DNA from: Candidatus Poribacteria bacterium
Lineage (GTDB): Bacteria > Poribacteria > WGA-4E > WGA-3G
Assembly (NCBI GenBank): GCA_965242965.1
Contig: OZ251518.1
Location: forward strand, 1,792,001 to 1,856,000
Direction: 5' to 3'
DNA: 64,000 nt
The first letter of the stretch is position 1; every line of letters starts with the position of its first letter. Below the pieces are notes generated by a model that was given only the letters and a program-made list of their open reading frames with translations, was not told the origin of the DNA and did no database searches. Below, in pieces: positions 20,136-30,355 of the stretch. Made by a program: the position numbers and the translations under genes.

Positions 20136-21419
20136 TTGGAATACAGCAAATCCGTAGCCGCATGGCGAAAATCACAACAATTTATACCCGGCGGTGTCAA
20201 CAGCCCTGTCCGCAATTTCAGCAAAGTGGAAGGCACCCCGCGTTTTATGGAACGCGGCGAAGGCTCGAAAGTTTATGACATTGATGGGAACGCATATATC
20301 GACTACCTTGCCTCCTGGGGTCCGCTCATTTTAGGGCATGCGCATCCGAGTGTTGTCACGCAGATTACCCAGGCCGCTCGCAACGGCACCAGTTTCGGCG
20401 CGCCGACAACGCTGGAGACTGAACTCGCTGAGGCGATTGTCAACGCCGTGCCTTCTATTGAACAGGTGCGCCTCGTTAATTCCGGCACGGAGGCAACAAT
20501 GAGCGCGATTCGTGTGGCGCGAGGCTATACCGGCCGGAACAAAATCGTCAAAATTGACGGGTGTTACCACGGGCACGTCGACTATCTGCTTGCGAAAGCT
20601 GGCTCCGGGGTTGCGACGTTTGGGCTGTCCGATAGCGGCGGTGTCCCGGAAGATTTCGCCCGCAATACGCTCACCGTGCCGTTCAACAATGCCGATGCAG
20701 TGCGAGAGACTATTGATGCAAACCGCGATGAAATTGCGTGCCTTATTCTTGAGCCGATTATGGGCAACATGGGCATTATTCCGCCGCGTGATGGGTATCT
20801 CCAAGAACTCCGTGACATCACGGCGGCGCACGGTATCGTCCTCATCTTTGACGAGGTAATCACTGGGTTTCGGGTGGCGTATGGCGGCGCGCAAACCTAC
20901 TATAACGTTACGCCTGACATGTCCTGCCTCGGCAAAATCATCGGCGGCGGTTTGCCTGTCGGTGCTTACGGTGGGAAGCGCGAGATTATGCGCTGCGTCG
21001 CGCCGGAAGGCGATGTCTATCAGGCAGGCACGCTCTCCGGAAACCCGTTGGCTGTCACCGCGGGCATCGCGACGCTGAAATGCCTCGCCGAGCCGGGGGT
21101 TTACGAACAACTTGAAAACAGTGCCGCCGCGCTTGCAGATGGACTCGCCGAGGCAACCAAAAGCCAGGGGATTGACGCGTGGCACAGCCGAGTCGGCTCC
21201 ATGCTGATGCTCTATTTTACGCCAGAAACGGTTACGGATGCCGATGGCGCGCGCACAGCAGATACTGAACGTTACCGTCACTACTTCTGGGGATTGCTGG
21301 AACGCGGAGTCTATGTCGCGCCATCGCAATTTGAGGCGGGATTCGTCTCCTTAGTCCACTCGGAAGAGGATATTGCCACCACCGTGAACGCCGCAACACA
21401 GGTATTGGCGAAACTCTAA
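20136..21419 (+). CDS. hemL: Glutamate-1-semialdehyde 2,1-aminomutase
   Basis: PGGVNSPVR, NSGTEATM, GKIIGGGLPVG, APSQFE. Confidence 0.97.
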   Translation: MEYSKSVAAWRKSQQFIPGGVNSPVRNFSKVEGTPRFMERGEGSKVYDIDGNAYIDYLASWGPLILGHAHPSVVTQITQAARNGTSFGAPTTLETELAEAIVNAVPSIEQVRLVNSGTEATMSAIRVARGYTGRNKIVKIDGCYHGHVDYLLAKAGSGVATFGLSDSGGVPEDFARNTLTVPFNNADAVRETIDANRDEIACLILEPIMGNMGIIPPRDGYLQELRDITAAHGIVLIFDEVITGFRVAYGGAQTYYNVTPDMSCLGKIIGGGLPVGAYGGKREIMRCVAPEGDVYQAGTLSGNPLAVTAGIATLKCLAEPGVYEQLENSAAALADGLAEATKSQGIDAWHSRVGSMLMLYFTPETVTDADGARTADTERYRHYFWGLLERGVYVAPSQFEAGFVSLVHSEEDIATTVNAATQVLAKL

Positions 21420-21548
21420 AAGACAGAGCAAATCTGGTAGGCGCGGTTTAACTTCTCACAGTTGTGGGCGCATGCATGATGCTGCATGGTTGAAAACCGC
21501 GCCGACAGGGTTCGTGCTGCGTTAGTCCTAAGACAACTCATTTTTAAA

Positions 21549-22529
21549 ATGCCACATTTTGATCAGATTGTCCAATTCATAGCCGATGACCTTGGTGCCG
21601 TTGAGGCGAAACTCACCGAACAAACGGCAAGCGAGTATAGTTTTGTCGACATGGCAGTCCAGCACGTCGTTGAAGGCGGCGGCAAACGGCTTCGCCCCAT
21701 CCTCGTCGTGCTTTCGGCGAAAACGTGCGGCTACGAAGGCCCCGATGCGCACACCCTCGCCGCTGTCGTGGAACTCATTCACGTCGCCTCCCTCGTGCAT
21801 GACGATGTCCTTGACGAGGCGAGCATCCGGCGCGGCCGCGAAACGCTACAGACGAAATGGGGCAACAAGGTTGCGGTGCTTGTCGGCGATTACCTGCACG
21901 CGCGTGTGCTCTCAATGCTGGTATCCCGTCGCGCCGATGATCCGGCCATGGAGATTCTTGCCGATACCACGCAGGCGATGTGCGAAGGCGAAGTCATACA
22001 CGCCTATAAAAGCGGCGATTTTGACATTACCGAGGAAGAGTATCTCAAAATTATCAGTTTCAAAACTGGGAAGTTGATTGCGGCATCTTGCACCCTCGGC
22101 GCGCATCTCGGCACAACAGATGAACAGCAGATTGCAGCACTCACGACATACGGACAACAAATCGGGACAGCCTTCCAAATCATCGATGACCTGCTCGATT
22201 TCGTAGAGGCTCCGGAGAAACTGGGCAAAAACGCATTCGGTGACCTGCGCGAAGGCAAACTCACCTTTCCTATCATCGCGGCCCGCTCCCGCTGCAACGA
22301 TGCCGAGAAGGCGAAACTGGAACAGGTGCTCAACCCGCATACCGATGAGGCTGAAGCGATAGCCTTCGTGCAATCCCTGTTTCAGCAGTATGAGGTTGAA
22401 CCGCACTGTTTGACAGTTGCGCAAACCTACGCGGACCGCGCCAAATCCGCGCTAGCGGTATTACCACAGTCCGCTGCGCGCACTGCATTAGAACAACTCG
22501 CGAATTACGTCGTCTCGCGAGATTCGTGA
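21549..22529 (+). CDS. Polyprenyl diphosphate synthase (IspB/HepT-like)
   Basis: GGKRLRP, HDDVLD, DDLLD motifs. Confidence 0.95.
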   Translation: MPHFDQIVQFIADDLGAVEAKLTEQTASEYSFVDMAVQHVVEGGGKRLRPILVVLSAKTCGYEGPDAHTLAAVVELIHVASLVHDDVLDEASIRRGRETLQTKWGNKVAVLVGDYLHARVLSMLVSRRADDPAMEILADTTQAMCEGEVIHAYKSGDFDITEEEYLKIISFKTGKLIAASCTLGAHLGTTDEQQIAALTTYGQQIGTAFQIIDDLLDFVEAPEKLGKNAFGDLREGKLTFPIIAARSRCNDAEKAKLEQVLNPHTDEAEAIAFVQSLFQQYEVEPHCLTVAQTYADRAKSALAVLPQSAARTALEQLANYVVSRDS

Positions 22530-22553
22530 TACGAAAACAACGGAGGTTTTAAG

Positions 22554-22982
22554 ATGGGTTTAACTTGGTTCAGTTTAACCATAGTCGATGTTGGCGTGCT
22601 TAGCATTAGCCTTATCGGGCTTGTGTGGATGTATAGGGCACTTAAAAAGGCAAACGAGAAACTCCAGCAACAGGTGGAGGAAGTTCTAGCCGAGAACGCC
22701 GAACTGAAGCAACAGAACGAGGAATTGAAGCAACAGCTACAGGAAGTTCTAGTCGAGAACGCCGAACTGAAGCAACAATTCCGCGAATTCCAGAGCACCG
22801 CCGATCGCCGCTATAACGCGCTGCAGGAAAAATACGAAAACCTGCGGCAGGAAAACGAGGCACTTCGCAGGGAACTGGACGAAGTCAAACGCGACAACCA
22901 GGCCCTACGGAACGGTTTTAACCAGATGATGGGCAGATACAAAGAAATCAAAGGGTTGATTCTGTCCGGCAGGCTGAAGTAG
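22554..22982 (+). CDS. Membrane-anchored coiled-coil protein with a 21-aa tandem repeat
   Basis: GGAGG RBS; N-terminal TM helix; LxQQxxEVLxENAELKQQ twice. Confidence 0.8.
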   Translation: MGLTWFSLTIVDVGVLSISLIGLVWMYRALKKANEKLQQQVEEVLAENAELKQQNEELKQQLQEVLVENAELKQQFREFQSTADRRYNALQEKYENLRQENEALRRELDEVKRDNQALRNGFNQMMGRYKEIKGLILSGRLK

Positions 22983-23040
22983 CCCTCCGCTTGTGGCGAC
23001 ATGCCTATCGGTTTTATAGGAAAAATAGGAGGAAACATTC

Positions 23041-23448
23041 ATGATGTTCCTTATCGTGACAATTATCGTCGTCTTGGGTATCATCTTGGATTTCGCGAGA
23101 TATCCGTGGATTGCGTCAGTCGTCTATCTCATCGCCTTTGCCGTCATCGGGGTGCTGTCAAGGGCCGGCAAATCACCGAGTTACATCAACGCCGAATTTG
23201 AGGAAATGCGTGCAGAGATTGTCGGGATGCGGGTGGAGCACGATGAAACGAACGCCGAGCTCGGCAAACTCAGAGTCATGCACGAAGAAACGAAAGCCGG
23301 TGTATCCCTCATGTCCGAGGAATACCGGATAGTCCAAGAGAGAGCCGGACGCCTCGCTGTTGAAAATGCTAGGCTCCTCGTCGAATTGGAGAAAGAGCGG
23401 ACTAAGGTTAAGCAATATGAAGCGAACCTTCCTTCGCGAACGGAGTGA
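23041..23448 (+). CDS. 2-TM coiled-coil hypothetical protein
   Basis: AGGAGG RBS; hydrophobic N-terminus, heptad-rich C-terminus. Confidence 0.75.
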   Translation: MMFLIVTIIVVLGIILDFARYPWIASVVYLIAFAVIGVLSRAGKSPSYINAEFEEMRAEIVGMRVEHDETNAELGKLRVMHEETKAGVSLMSEEYRIVQERAGRLAVENARLLVELEKERTKVKQYEANLPSRTE

Positions 23449-23458
23449 CAACTAGCCG

Positions 23459-24556
23459 ATGTTCTATCCCGCGTTCCTCAACCTCCAGGACCGAAAATGC
23501 CTCGTTGTCGGAGGCGGCACTGTCGCCGAACGCAAAGTCGTTTCGCTGCTCCTCAGCGGCGGCGAAGTTACGGTGATTAGCCCCGAGGCAACCGAACTGC
23601 TCAAGTTCCTCGCGCACACAGGGCAAATAGTCTTGCACAACCGGCGATTCGCAACCGGTGATGCATCCGGCTACTTTCTCGTCTGTGCTGCCACCGATGA
23701 GTCGGCGATGAACACCGCCATTTTCACGGAGGCGCACGAAGCAAATCGGATTCGCTTAGTCAACGTCGTTGACGTTATCCCGCAATGCACGTTCGCCGCT
23801 GCATCCATCGTGACAGATGGCGAGCTCACGCTCAGCATCTCCACCAGCGGCAAGAGCCCTGCGACGAGCCGCCGCATTCGCGAGTTCCTTGAGGCGAAAC
23901 TCGGGGCAAACTCGCTCTACACGCTTGGGTATCAGAACGGAAAACCTGAGCGCATTCAGAACCAACGGCTTCCCTATCCGGTTTATCTGCTCGTGGAAAA
24001 TCGCCGGTGCGCTGTCTTGTATCGCGAGAAAACGCCTGAAATCAAAAGTCGTATCTCGCTGTTACGCCAATGCGGTGCGGACGTTGTGGAGAATCCGAAA
24101 AACATTGCGGATGCGTTTCTCGTCATCGCCGAGTTCGGGAATCCGCCGCATCCCCTCACGGAGTCCATCGCACAATCGGATGCCGGCACATTCCAAACCC
24201 CGCGGCTCATCACCGATAACAACCTGATTATCGGCATCTCTTCTCGCAAAGGCGAGGACACCGGTGACGCGGCGAGCCTGCAGCAAGCACTCGCAACACA
24301 GTTTGAAAATAACGGCTACGGCGCGTTTATTGAATTTCTCGGAACGATTCGTCCCGATGTCCTGAAAGCGTTTCAGACTTCAAAAGCACGCGCGGATTTT
24401 TTTGAGACACTGATTAACTATCAAACTGAGGCACAACCGTGCTGTTTAAGACTCACCGATGCGACGTGTTCCGCCGAGTGCCTCTTCAATTGGATTCGGC
24501 GCGGTGAAGTGGAACGCGCCAAGCATCTCGTATCAACCTTACTCACCATTCGGTAG
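23459..24556 (+). CDS. Precorrin-2 dehydrogenase/sirohydrochlorin ferrochelatase (SirC/CysG-N/Met8-like), extended
   Basis: YPAFLNL...LVVGGGTVAERK, NVVD, ISTSGKSP. Confidence 0.85.
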   Translation: MFYPAFLNLQDRKCLVVGGGTVAERKVVSLLLSGGEVTVISPEATELLKFLAHTGQIVLHNRRFATGDASGYFLVCAATDESAMNTAIFTEAHEANRIRLVNVVDVIPQCTFAAASIVTDGELTLSISTSGKSPATSRRIREFLEAKLGANSLYTLGYQNGKPERIQNQRLPYPVYLLVENRRCAVLYREKTPEIKSRISLLRQCGADVVENPKNIADAFLVIAEFGNPPHPLTESIAQSDAGTFQTPRLITDNNLIIGISSRKGEDTGDAASLQQALATQFENNGYGAFIEFLGTIRPDVLKAFQTSKARADFFETLINYQTEAQPCCLRLTDATCSAECLFNWIRRGEVERAKHLVSTLLTIR

Positions 24557-24593
24557 GCGCGGTTGAAAAGCGCGCCTCGGCAAACGTGGATTT

Positions 24594-25433
24594 ATGAACT
24601 TTCTATTTCTCGTCACGCTTCTGATATACTTAGCGGCAAGCATTTTTCAGGCAATCGCTTTCGCCATAGGCAATCGTTCTGAGGCATCAACCCTTCGGCC
24701 GACGATTGAGCACCTCGCCTTTTGGGGAACTACCATCGGCTTCGCCTGCCTGACGCTTTTCATCGCGCTCTGGTGGTTCCAGCAGGGGCACTTCCCGATG
24801 ACGCACTGGACAGACTCAACTGCCTTCGTCGCCTGGGCCATCACGCTCATCTACCTTATCATCGTTCGCTTGACGCGTCTTCGCGCCCTCGGCAGTTTTG
24901 TCGTGCCAGTCGCGTTCCTCGCGATACTCATCTCCTATAGTTTCGCCAGAAATACCTCAACATTGCCGGAACAGTTGCAAACCTATTGGCTCGTTGCACA
25001 CACGTCGCTGATTTTTCTGGCGTATGCCGCCTTCATCGCCGCCTTCGGGTTTGGACTCATGTACCTCATCGCCGAAAAGAAAATCCGCGCGAAGACAGAT
25101 ACGCTCTTCTCTAACTGGCTCCCGGCACTTGGAAATTCTGATGAATTCGGCTATCGATGCACCTTCATCGGTGTCATTCTGCTCTCCATGGGCATCCTCG
25201 TCGGCAGTTTATGGACGCAATATATCCAAGAACTCCCGTGGAAATGGCTTGACGCGAAGATTATCTTCACCCTGCTCACGTGGTTTATCTATGTCGCGCA
25301 AATCACCATCCGTCAACTCTGGGGATGGCGAGGCCGCAAAGCCGCCTATTCTGCCATCATCGGCTTCGTCGCGCTGCTATGCACCTATGCCGGTGTGAAC
25401 CTGTTTTTAGACAGCATCCACGCGTGGCGGTGA
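24594..25433 (+). CDS. Cytochrome c assembly family membrane protein (CcsA/HemX-like)
   Basis: Multiple TM helices, conserved His, GSLW...W..DAK, WGWRGRKAA. Confidence 0.9.
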   Translation: MNFLFLVTLLIYLAASIFQAIAFAIGNRSEASTLRPTIEHLAFWGTTIGFACLTLFIALWWFQQGHFPMTHWTDSTAFVAWAITLIYLIIVRLTRLRALGSFVVPVAFLAILISYSFARNTSTLPEQLQTYWLVAHTSLIFLAYAAFIAAFGFGLMYLIAEKKIRAKTDTLFSNWLPALGNSDEFGYRCTFIGVILLSMGILVGSLWTQYIQELPWKWLDAKIIFTLLTWFIYVAQITIRQLWGWRGRKAAYSAIIGFVALLCTYAGVNLFLDSIHAWR

Positions 25434-25460
25434 AAATCTGCAGGACGATTCAGAATTTTC

Positions 25461-25489
25461 TTGACATGCCTCCCGAAATAGTGTATAAT
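25461..25489 (+). promoter_or_regulatory. sigma70 promoter for hemA-hemC-cobA/hemD
   Basis: TTGACA-17 bp-TATAAT. Confidence 0.8.
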
Positions 25490-25511
25490 TAAAGGCAGAG
25501 GCAAAAGAGCA

Positions 25512-26912
25512 ATGGAAAACTTCATGGAAACATACCCCGGGCCGCAGCACAACACATATCTTGACGCTGAATCCGTGCCCACATGCGATATCCAGTGTGA
25601 ATCCCGCATGCAACATACGAACCAGCTGGTTTCTGTCGGAACGAGCCATCACGTCGCGCCGATTGCGTTCCGGGAAAAATTGGCATTTTCCGAGGAACAA
25701 CTCGTCCACTCGCTGCAACATCTATGTGAATCGCAGCAGGTGCAGGAGGCCGTCATCCTCTCCACCTGCAACCGGGTAGAAATTTACGCAGTGCCAAACG
25801 CGCGAAGCAATGCTGAGGCATCTGTTATCCATCTGCTTGAATTCCTCGCGCGCTACCATCGTGTCGGCATGGAGGCTCTCAAGAAGTTCAGTTATAGCCA
25901 CGACGGACTTGAGGCAATCCAACACCTCTTCCGGGTTACCGCCAGTCTTGATTCTATGGTAATCGGGGAGGCGCAAATCTTGGGGCAGGTGAAATCTGCT
26001 TATGAAGATTCTCGCGCCGCTGGTGGTGCGGGCACTATCCTCAATCGTCTTTTTACTAAAGCGTTCAGCGTCGGTAAACGCATCCGCACTGAGACGACTA
26101 TCGCTACCGGTGCTGTATCTATCAGCTACGCCGCCGTTGAACTCGCCAAGAAAATTTTTAACACTTTAGAGGGAAAAACCGTCGCGATTATCGGCGCGGG
26201 CGAAATGAGCGAATTAACGGCGAAGCACCTCGTCGCCAACGGCGTTTCTAACGTTATCGTGGCGAACCGAACCTACGAACGCGCTGTCAGAATCGCCGAA
26301 AAATTCAGGGGGACACCCATCGCTTACCAGAGCAACCTCGGCTTTCTTATCGATGCCGACATTGTCATCAGTTCCACCGATGCACCGCAGTATCTCATCA
26401 CCCCGCGTCCCCTCGCCGATGTCATGCGGAAACGGAAGCACCGCTACATGTTCCTCATTGACATCGCGGTGCCGCGCGACATCGATGCTGATGTCAATCA
26501 CATCGACGGCGTGTTCCTCTATAATATCGATGACCTCGAGGCAGTTGTCGCTTCCAACCTCAAGGAGCGGCGACACGAAGCCACACGCGCAGAACAGATT
26601 GTCGCCGAAGAAGCGAAACAGTTCCATGCCCAATTGCAAATCTTTGAAGTGAGCCCGACGATTAAGGCACTGCACCAACAGTTCCAACAAATCGTTGAGG
26701 CAGAGCGCACCGCCTGTTTTGACAAGGCAAACCTGTCAGACAAACAGCAAGCCGCCGTCGCCTCCATGACGCAGGCGATTGTCAAAAAACTTCTCCATCA
26801 CCCCGTCAAGAATTTACGGCAAGCCGTGAACGATGACGAGTCAGACCACGGGCAATACGTCCATGCCTTGCAGGCCCTGTTCGCGTTAGATGCAAATGTA
26901 GAGGAAAAATGA
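25512..26912 (+). CDS. hemA: Glutamyl-tRNA reductase (true start may be downstream, e.g. 25608)
   Basis: STCNRVE, GEAQILGQVK, GAGEM, DIAVPRD. Confidence 0.97.
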   Translation: MENFMETYPGPQHNTYLDAESVPTCDIQCESRMQHTNQLVSVGTSHHVAPIAFREKLAFSEEQLVHSLQHLCESQQVQEAVILSTCNRVEIYAVPNARSNAEASVIHLLEFLARYHRVGMEALKKFSYSHDGLEAIQHLFRVTASLDSMVIGEAQILGQVKSAYEDSRAAGGAGTILNRLFTKAFSVGKRIRTETTIATGAVSISYAAVELAKKIFNTLEGKTVAIIGAGEMSELTAKHLVANGVSNVIVANRTYERAVRIAEKFRGTPIAYQSNLGFLIDADIVISSTDAPQYLITPRPLADVMRKRKHRYMFLIDIAVPRDIDADVNHIDGVFLYNIDDLEAVVASNLKERRHEATRAEQIVAEEAKQFHAQLQIFEVSPTIKALHQQFQQIVEAERTACFDKANLSDKQQAAVASMTQAIVKKLLHHPVKNLRQAVNDDESDHGQYVHALQALFALDANVEEK

Positions 26913-27883
26913 ATCCATCACTTACCATCGGCACGCGAGGCAGCCAACTCGCACTCTGGCAGGCACGCTTTGTCCAAAAACAGGTGAACGGGCACTTTCC
27001 AGAGGTGACGGTATCCCTCAAAATCATCAAAACCACCGGCGATGCTGTCCAGAACCGTTCACTGCTTGGACTCGGAAAAGGCGTGTTTACCAAGGAGATC
27101 GAAGCCGCGCTGCTAACAGGTGAAATCGATCTGGCTGTGCATAGCCTCAAAGATTTGCCTACGGCACTTCCCGATGGGCTCCACATCACCGCAATTCCGG
27201 CGCGGGAAGATGCACGCGATGTGCTGATTACGTGCTCAGGGATGACATTGACGCAACTGCCAAAGAATGCCACAATCGGCACGACGAGCCCCCGGCGGAA
27301 GGCGCAACTCCTCCTCGCGCGGCCAGACTTGCGCGTTGTTGATGTGCGCGGTAATATTGATACGCGCTTACGCAAACTGCACGAAACCGATTTAGATGGA
27401 ATCATCCTCGCCGCCGCTGGGATTAAACGCCTTTATGATTATAGTCCGGGCTCGCCTGAGCCCAAAAAGGACAGATTGCCCTATCTGCCCGATAACGCGC
27501 TCCAGTTTTTTGATACCGAAACCATGGTGCCGGCTGTCGGACAAGGCGCGCTTGCCATTGAAGCGCGCGCAGATGATAACACCGTTGCCAAACTCATCGT
27601 GCCGCTTAACGATGCACGCGCAGCAGCGGAAGTCACCGCCGAGAGAACCGTTTTGGAGCGTCTCGGTGGCGGATGTCACGTGCCTATCGGCGCGAACGCG
27701 ATGCATCGCAACGATGAACTCTACCTCATCGCAGCTGTCTGTCATCCCGAAGGCACGTCGCGCATCGTGGAGAGAGTAAAAGGCGCGCCGGACAACGCGC
27801 AAGGCTTAGGGGAGGTTGTTGCGGAAAAACTTCTTCGCAGTGGGGCAGCAGAACTTCTCATATCAAATTCCCTTGGCACGTAG
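26909..27883 (+). CDS. hemC: Hydroxymethylbilane synthase with a REP-derived insertion
   Basis: GTRGSQLALWQ, VHSLKDLP, RGNIDTRL, GGGC. Confidence 0.97.
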   Translation: MNPSLTIGTRGSQLALWQARFVQKQVNGHFPEVTVSLKIIKTTGDAVQNRSLLGLGKGVFTKEIEAALLTGEIDLAVHSLKDLPTALPDGLHITAIPAREDARDVLITCSGMTLTQLPKNATIGTTSPRRKAQLLLARPDLRVVDVRGNIDTRLRKLHETDLDGIILAAAGIKRLYDYSPGSPEPKKDRLPYLPDNALQFFDTETMVPAVGQGALAIEARADDNTVAKLIVPLNDARAAAEVTAERTVLERLGGGCHVPIGANAMHRNDELYLIAAVCHPEGTSRIVERVKGAPDNAQGLGEVVAEKLLRSGAAELLISNSLGT

Positions 27884-27992
27884 CGCGTGGGCCTGTCGGC
27901 ACGTAGCGCGTGGGCCTGTCCCCCGCGATCGTGGCCTACAAGCCCACGCCCGACGAAGAAAGCCCGATTGAATGCTGAAACTTCATCCGATT

Positions 27993-29498
27993 ATGAACAA
28001 CCACGGAATCGTCTACATTGTCGGCGCGGGGCCCGGCGATAGAAAACTCATCACCCTCAAAGCGGTTGAATGCCTGCAGCGCGCCGATGTCGTCATCTAT
28101 GATTTACTCCTGAACGATGCGCTACTCGACTATTGTCCGCCTCATACCGAGAAAATTCAGGCACCAGACCCGCGTGTCCGGACGACACGCCAAACTGAAC
28201 TGAATCAACAGCTAGTCCAGCACGCGAAGGCAGGGAAAACCGTCGTCCGTTTGAAAGGCGGAGATCCTTATGTTTTCGGGCGCGGCGGCGAGGAAGCACT
28301 CGCACTCACCGAAGCCGACATTCCGTTTGAGGTGGTGCCCGGCATTACCGCCGCTATCGCCGCGACAGCATACGCGGGTATCCCTGTCACGCATCGCGAC
28401 TACGCCTCGTCGGTTGCGTTCGTCACTGGGCATTCCGCCGCGCTGCGCCCCAATTCAAACATCAACTGGGAGCACCTCGCCACCGCCGTGGATACGCTCG
28501 TCGTTTACATGGGTGTTGCGCACCTCGCGCAAATTGTGGACAGGTTAACAACGCACGGCAGAAATCCGAAAACGCCTGTGAGTCTTATCCGCGTCGGCAC
28601 GACACCGCAGCAGCGCGTCATCCAAGGCACCCTTGCCGACATCGTCCAAAAAGTGGTGGATGCGCAACTCAACAGTCCCGCCGTTATCGTCGTCGGCGAG
28701 GTAAACCAATTGCGCCAACATTTGTGCTGGTTTGATACCAAACCGCTTTTCGGTAAACGGGTGCTTGTCACGCGCGCCCGCGCGCAGGCGAGTGAATTCG
28801 CTGCACTGCTGGAAGCGAACGGTGCCGAGGTTATCCAATATCCCACGATAACGATTCAGCCGATGCGAGAAAATCCGCGCCTTGCCGCCGCCATCGGCGC
28901 GCTGTCTCAATACGGATGGGTGATTTTCACGAGTGTCAATGCCGTTGAGATTTTCTATGAACGTCTCCGAGAAAATGGCAAGGACGCGCGCGCTTTCGGG
29001 ACAAGCAAAATTTGCGCTGTCGGCAAGAAAACGGTTGCGGCATTAAACCGCATCGGCATCCATCCCGATTTTGTTCCAACGCAGTCGCGAGGCAGTGCTA
29101 TCGCCGCCGAGTTAAACGATGTCGCCGATGAAAAAATTCTCCTGCCACGCGCCAAAGTTGCTTCCGCCGAACTGCCCGACAGCTTGCGAGCGAAAGCCGC
29201 CCAAGTTGACGACATCCCACTCTATGAAACGCTTACAGTGGCGAACGCAAACCGCGATGCCATAGCGAAACAACTCTTAAACGGCACCATTGACATCGTG
29301 ACGTTCACCAGTTCCTCTACGGTGACGAATTTTTTGGAGATGTTTCCGGCGGAGGCATTAGCGAACGTTCGCGTTGCTGTCATCGGCCCCGCAACGCAGG
29401 CGACAACGGTAACGCACGGCGTGCATGTTGACATCGTCGCGCGCGAGGCAACGATAGAGCGTCTTGTGGAGGCAATTGTCGCGGCGGACAGGACTTAA
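27993..29498 (+). CDS. cobA: Uroporphyrinogen-III C-methyltransferase / uroporphyrinogen-III synthase fusion
   Basis: GAGPGD, RLKGGDPYVFGRGGEE; C-terminal HemD domain with FTSVNAV and FTSSS. Confidence 0.95.
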   Translation: MNNHGIVYIVGAGPGDRKLITLKAVECLQRADVVIYDLLLNDALLDYCPPHTEKIQAPDPRVRTTRQTELNQQLVQHAKAGKTVVRLKGGDPYVFGRGGEEALALTEADIPFEVVPGITAAIAATAYAGIPVTHRDYASSVAFVTGHSAALRPNSNINWEHLATAVDTLVVYMGVAHLAQIVDRLTTHGRNPKTPVSLIRVGTTPQQRVIQGTLADIVQKVVDAQLNSPAVIVVGEVNQLRQHLCWFDTKPLFGKRVLVTRARAQASEFAALLEANGAEVIQYPTITIQPMRENPRLAAAIGALSQYGWVIFTSVNAVEIFYERLRENGKDARAFGTSKICAVGKKTVAALNRIGIHPDFVPTQSRGSAIAAELNDVADEKILLPRAKVASAELPDSLRAKAAQVDDIPLYETLTVANANRDAIAKQLLNGTIDIVTFTSSSTVTNFLEMFPAEALANVRVAVIGPATQATTVTHGVHVDIVAREATIERLVEAIVAADRT

Positions 29499-29501
29499 TT
29501 A

Positions 29502-30340
29502 CCGTAGCGCGGGGGCCTGTCCCCCGCGAGCGTTCAGTTGTCTGAAGCAGGATTTACAAGATTTATAGGATTAGCAAGATTAGGGGCTCTTGTCAACGCG
29601 AATTTCCTATTGCCCGTAGCGCGGGGGCCTGTCCCCCGCGAGCGTTCAGTTGTCTGAAGCAGGATTTACAAGATTTATAGGATTAGCAAGATTAGGGGCT
29701 CTTGTCAACGCGAATTTCCTCTTTACCGTAGCGCGGGGGCCTGTCCCCCGCGATCTCTCATTTGTTTGAAGCCGGATTAACCTAAGTAGTTCGGGATCGC
29801 CTGATCCCGAACAGGTCAAGATCGGGCGATCTTACCCTACAGAGACGAGACAAATTATCTGTCCCCCGCGATGTTAACTGTCTGGAGCAGGAGTTACAAG
29901 ATTTATAGGATTAGCAAGATTATCTCTCGCGCAACGAGCATTCTTTTCGCAATAGATGCCTCTTCAGGTCCTTTAGGACCTGCATGTCTATAGAAAAACG
30001 GACATGCCACCGTTTTCAAGGTCCGTTAGGACCTTAATGGAATGGCAGCCAAGCGAGTCAAGGCACATTAAGGACCTAAAGGACCTTAGGGTGCTCTGCG
30101 ATGCAGGATGCTATAGACATTAAGGTCTTACAGACCTAAAGCCCCGAGCGGAAACGCCACGGTTACCGTAGCGCGGGGGCCTGTCCCCCGCGATCTGCGA
30201 CCGAAACGAGAAACGTCCGCATCTTAGAGGCCACGGACGTTTGCTGTCACGACCGACGCATGGCGAGGGACAGGCCCTCGCCCTACGGTATAGAAGGAGG
30301 GCTTGAGGCATGGCGAGGGACAGGCCCTCGCCCTACGGTG
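29502..30340. repeat. REP mosaic with a 112-bp tandem duplication and a four-palindrome element (29966-30137)
   Basis: CCGTAGCGCGGGGGCC starts at 29502, 29614 and 29726. Confidence 0.9.
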
Positions 30341-30355
30341 AACGGAGACGGTTTC

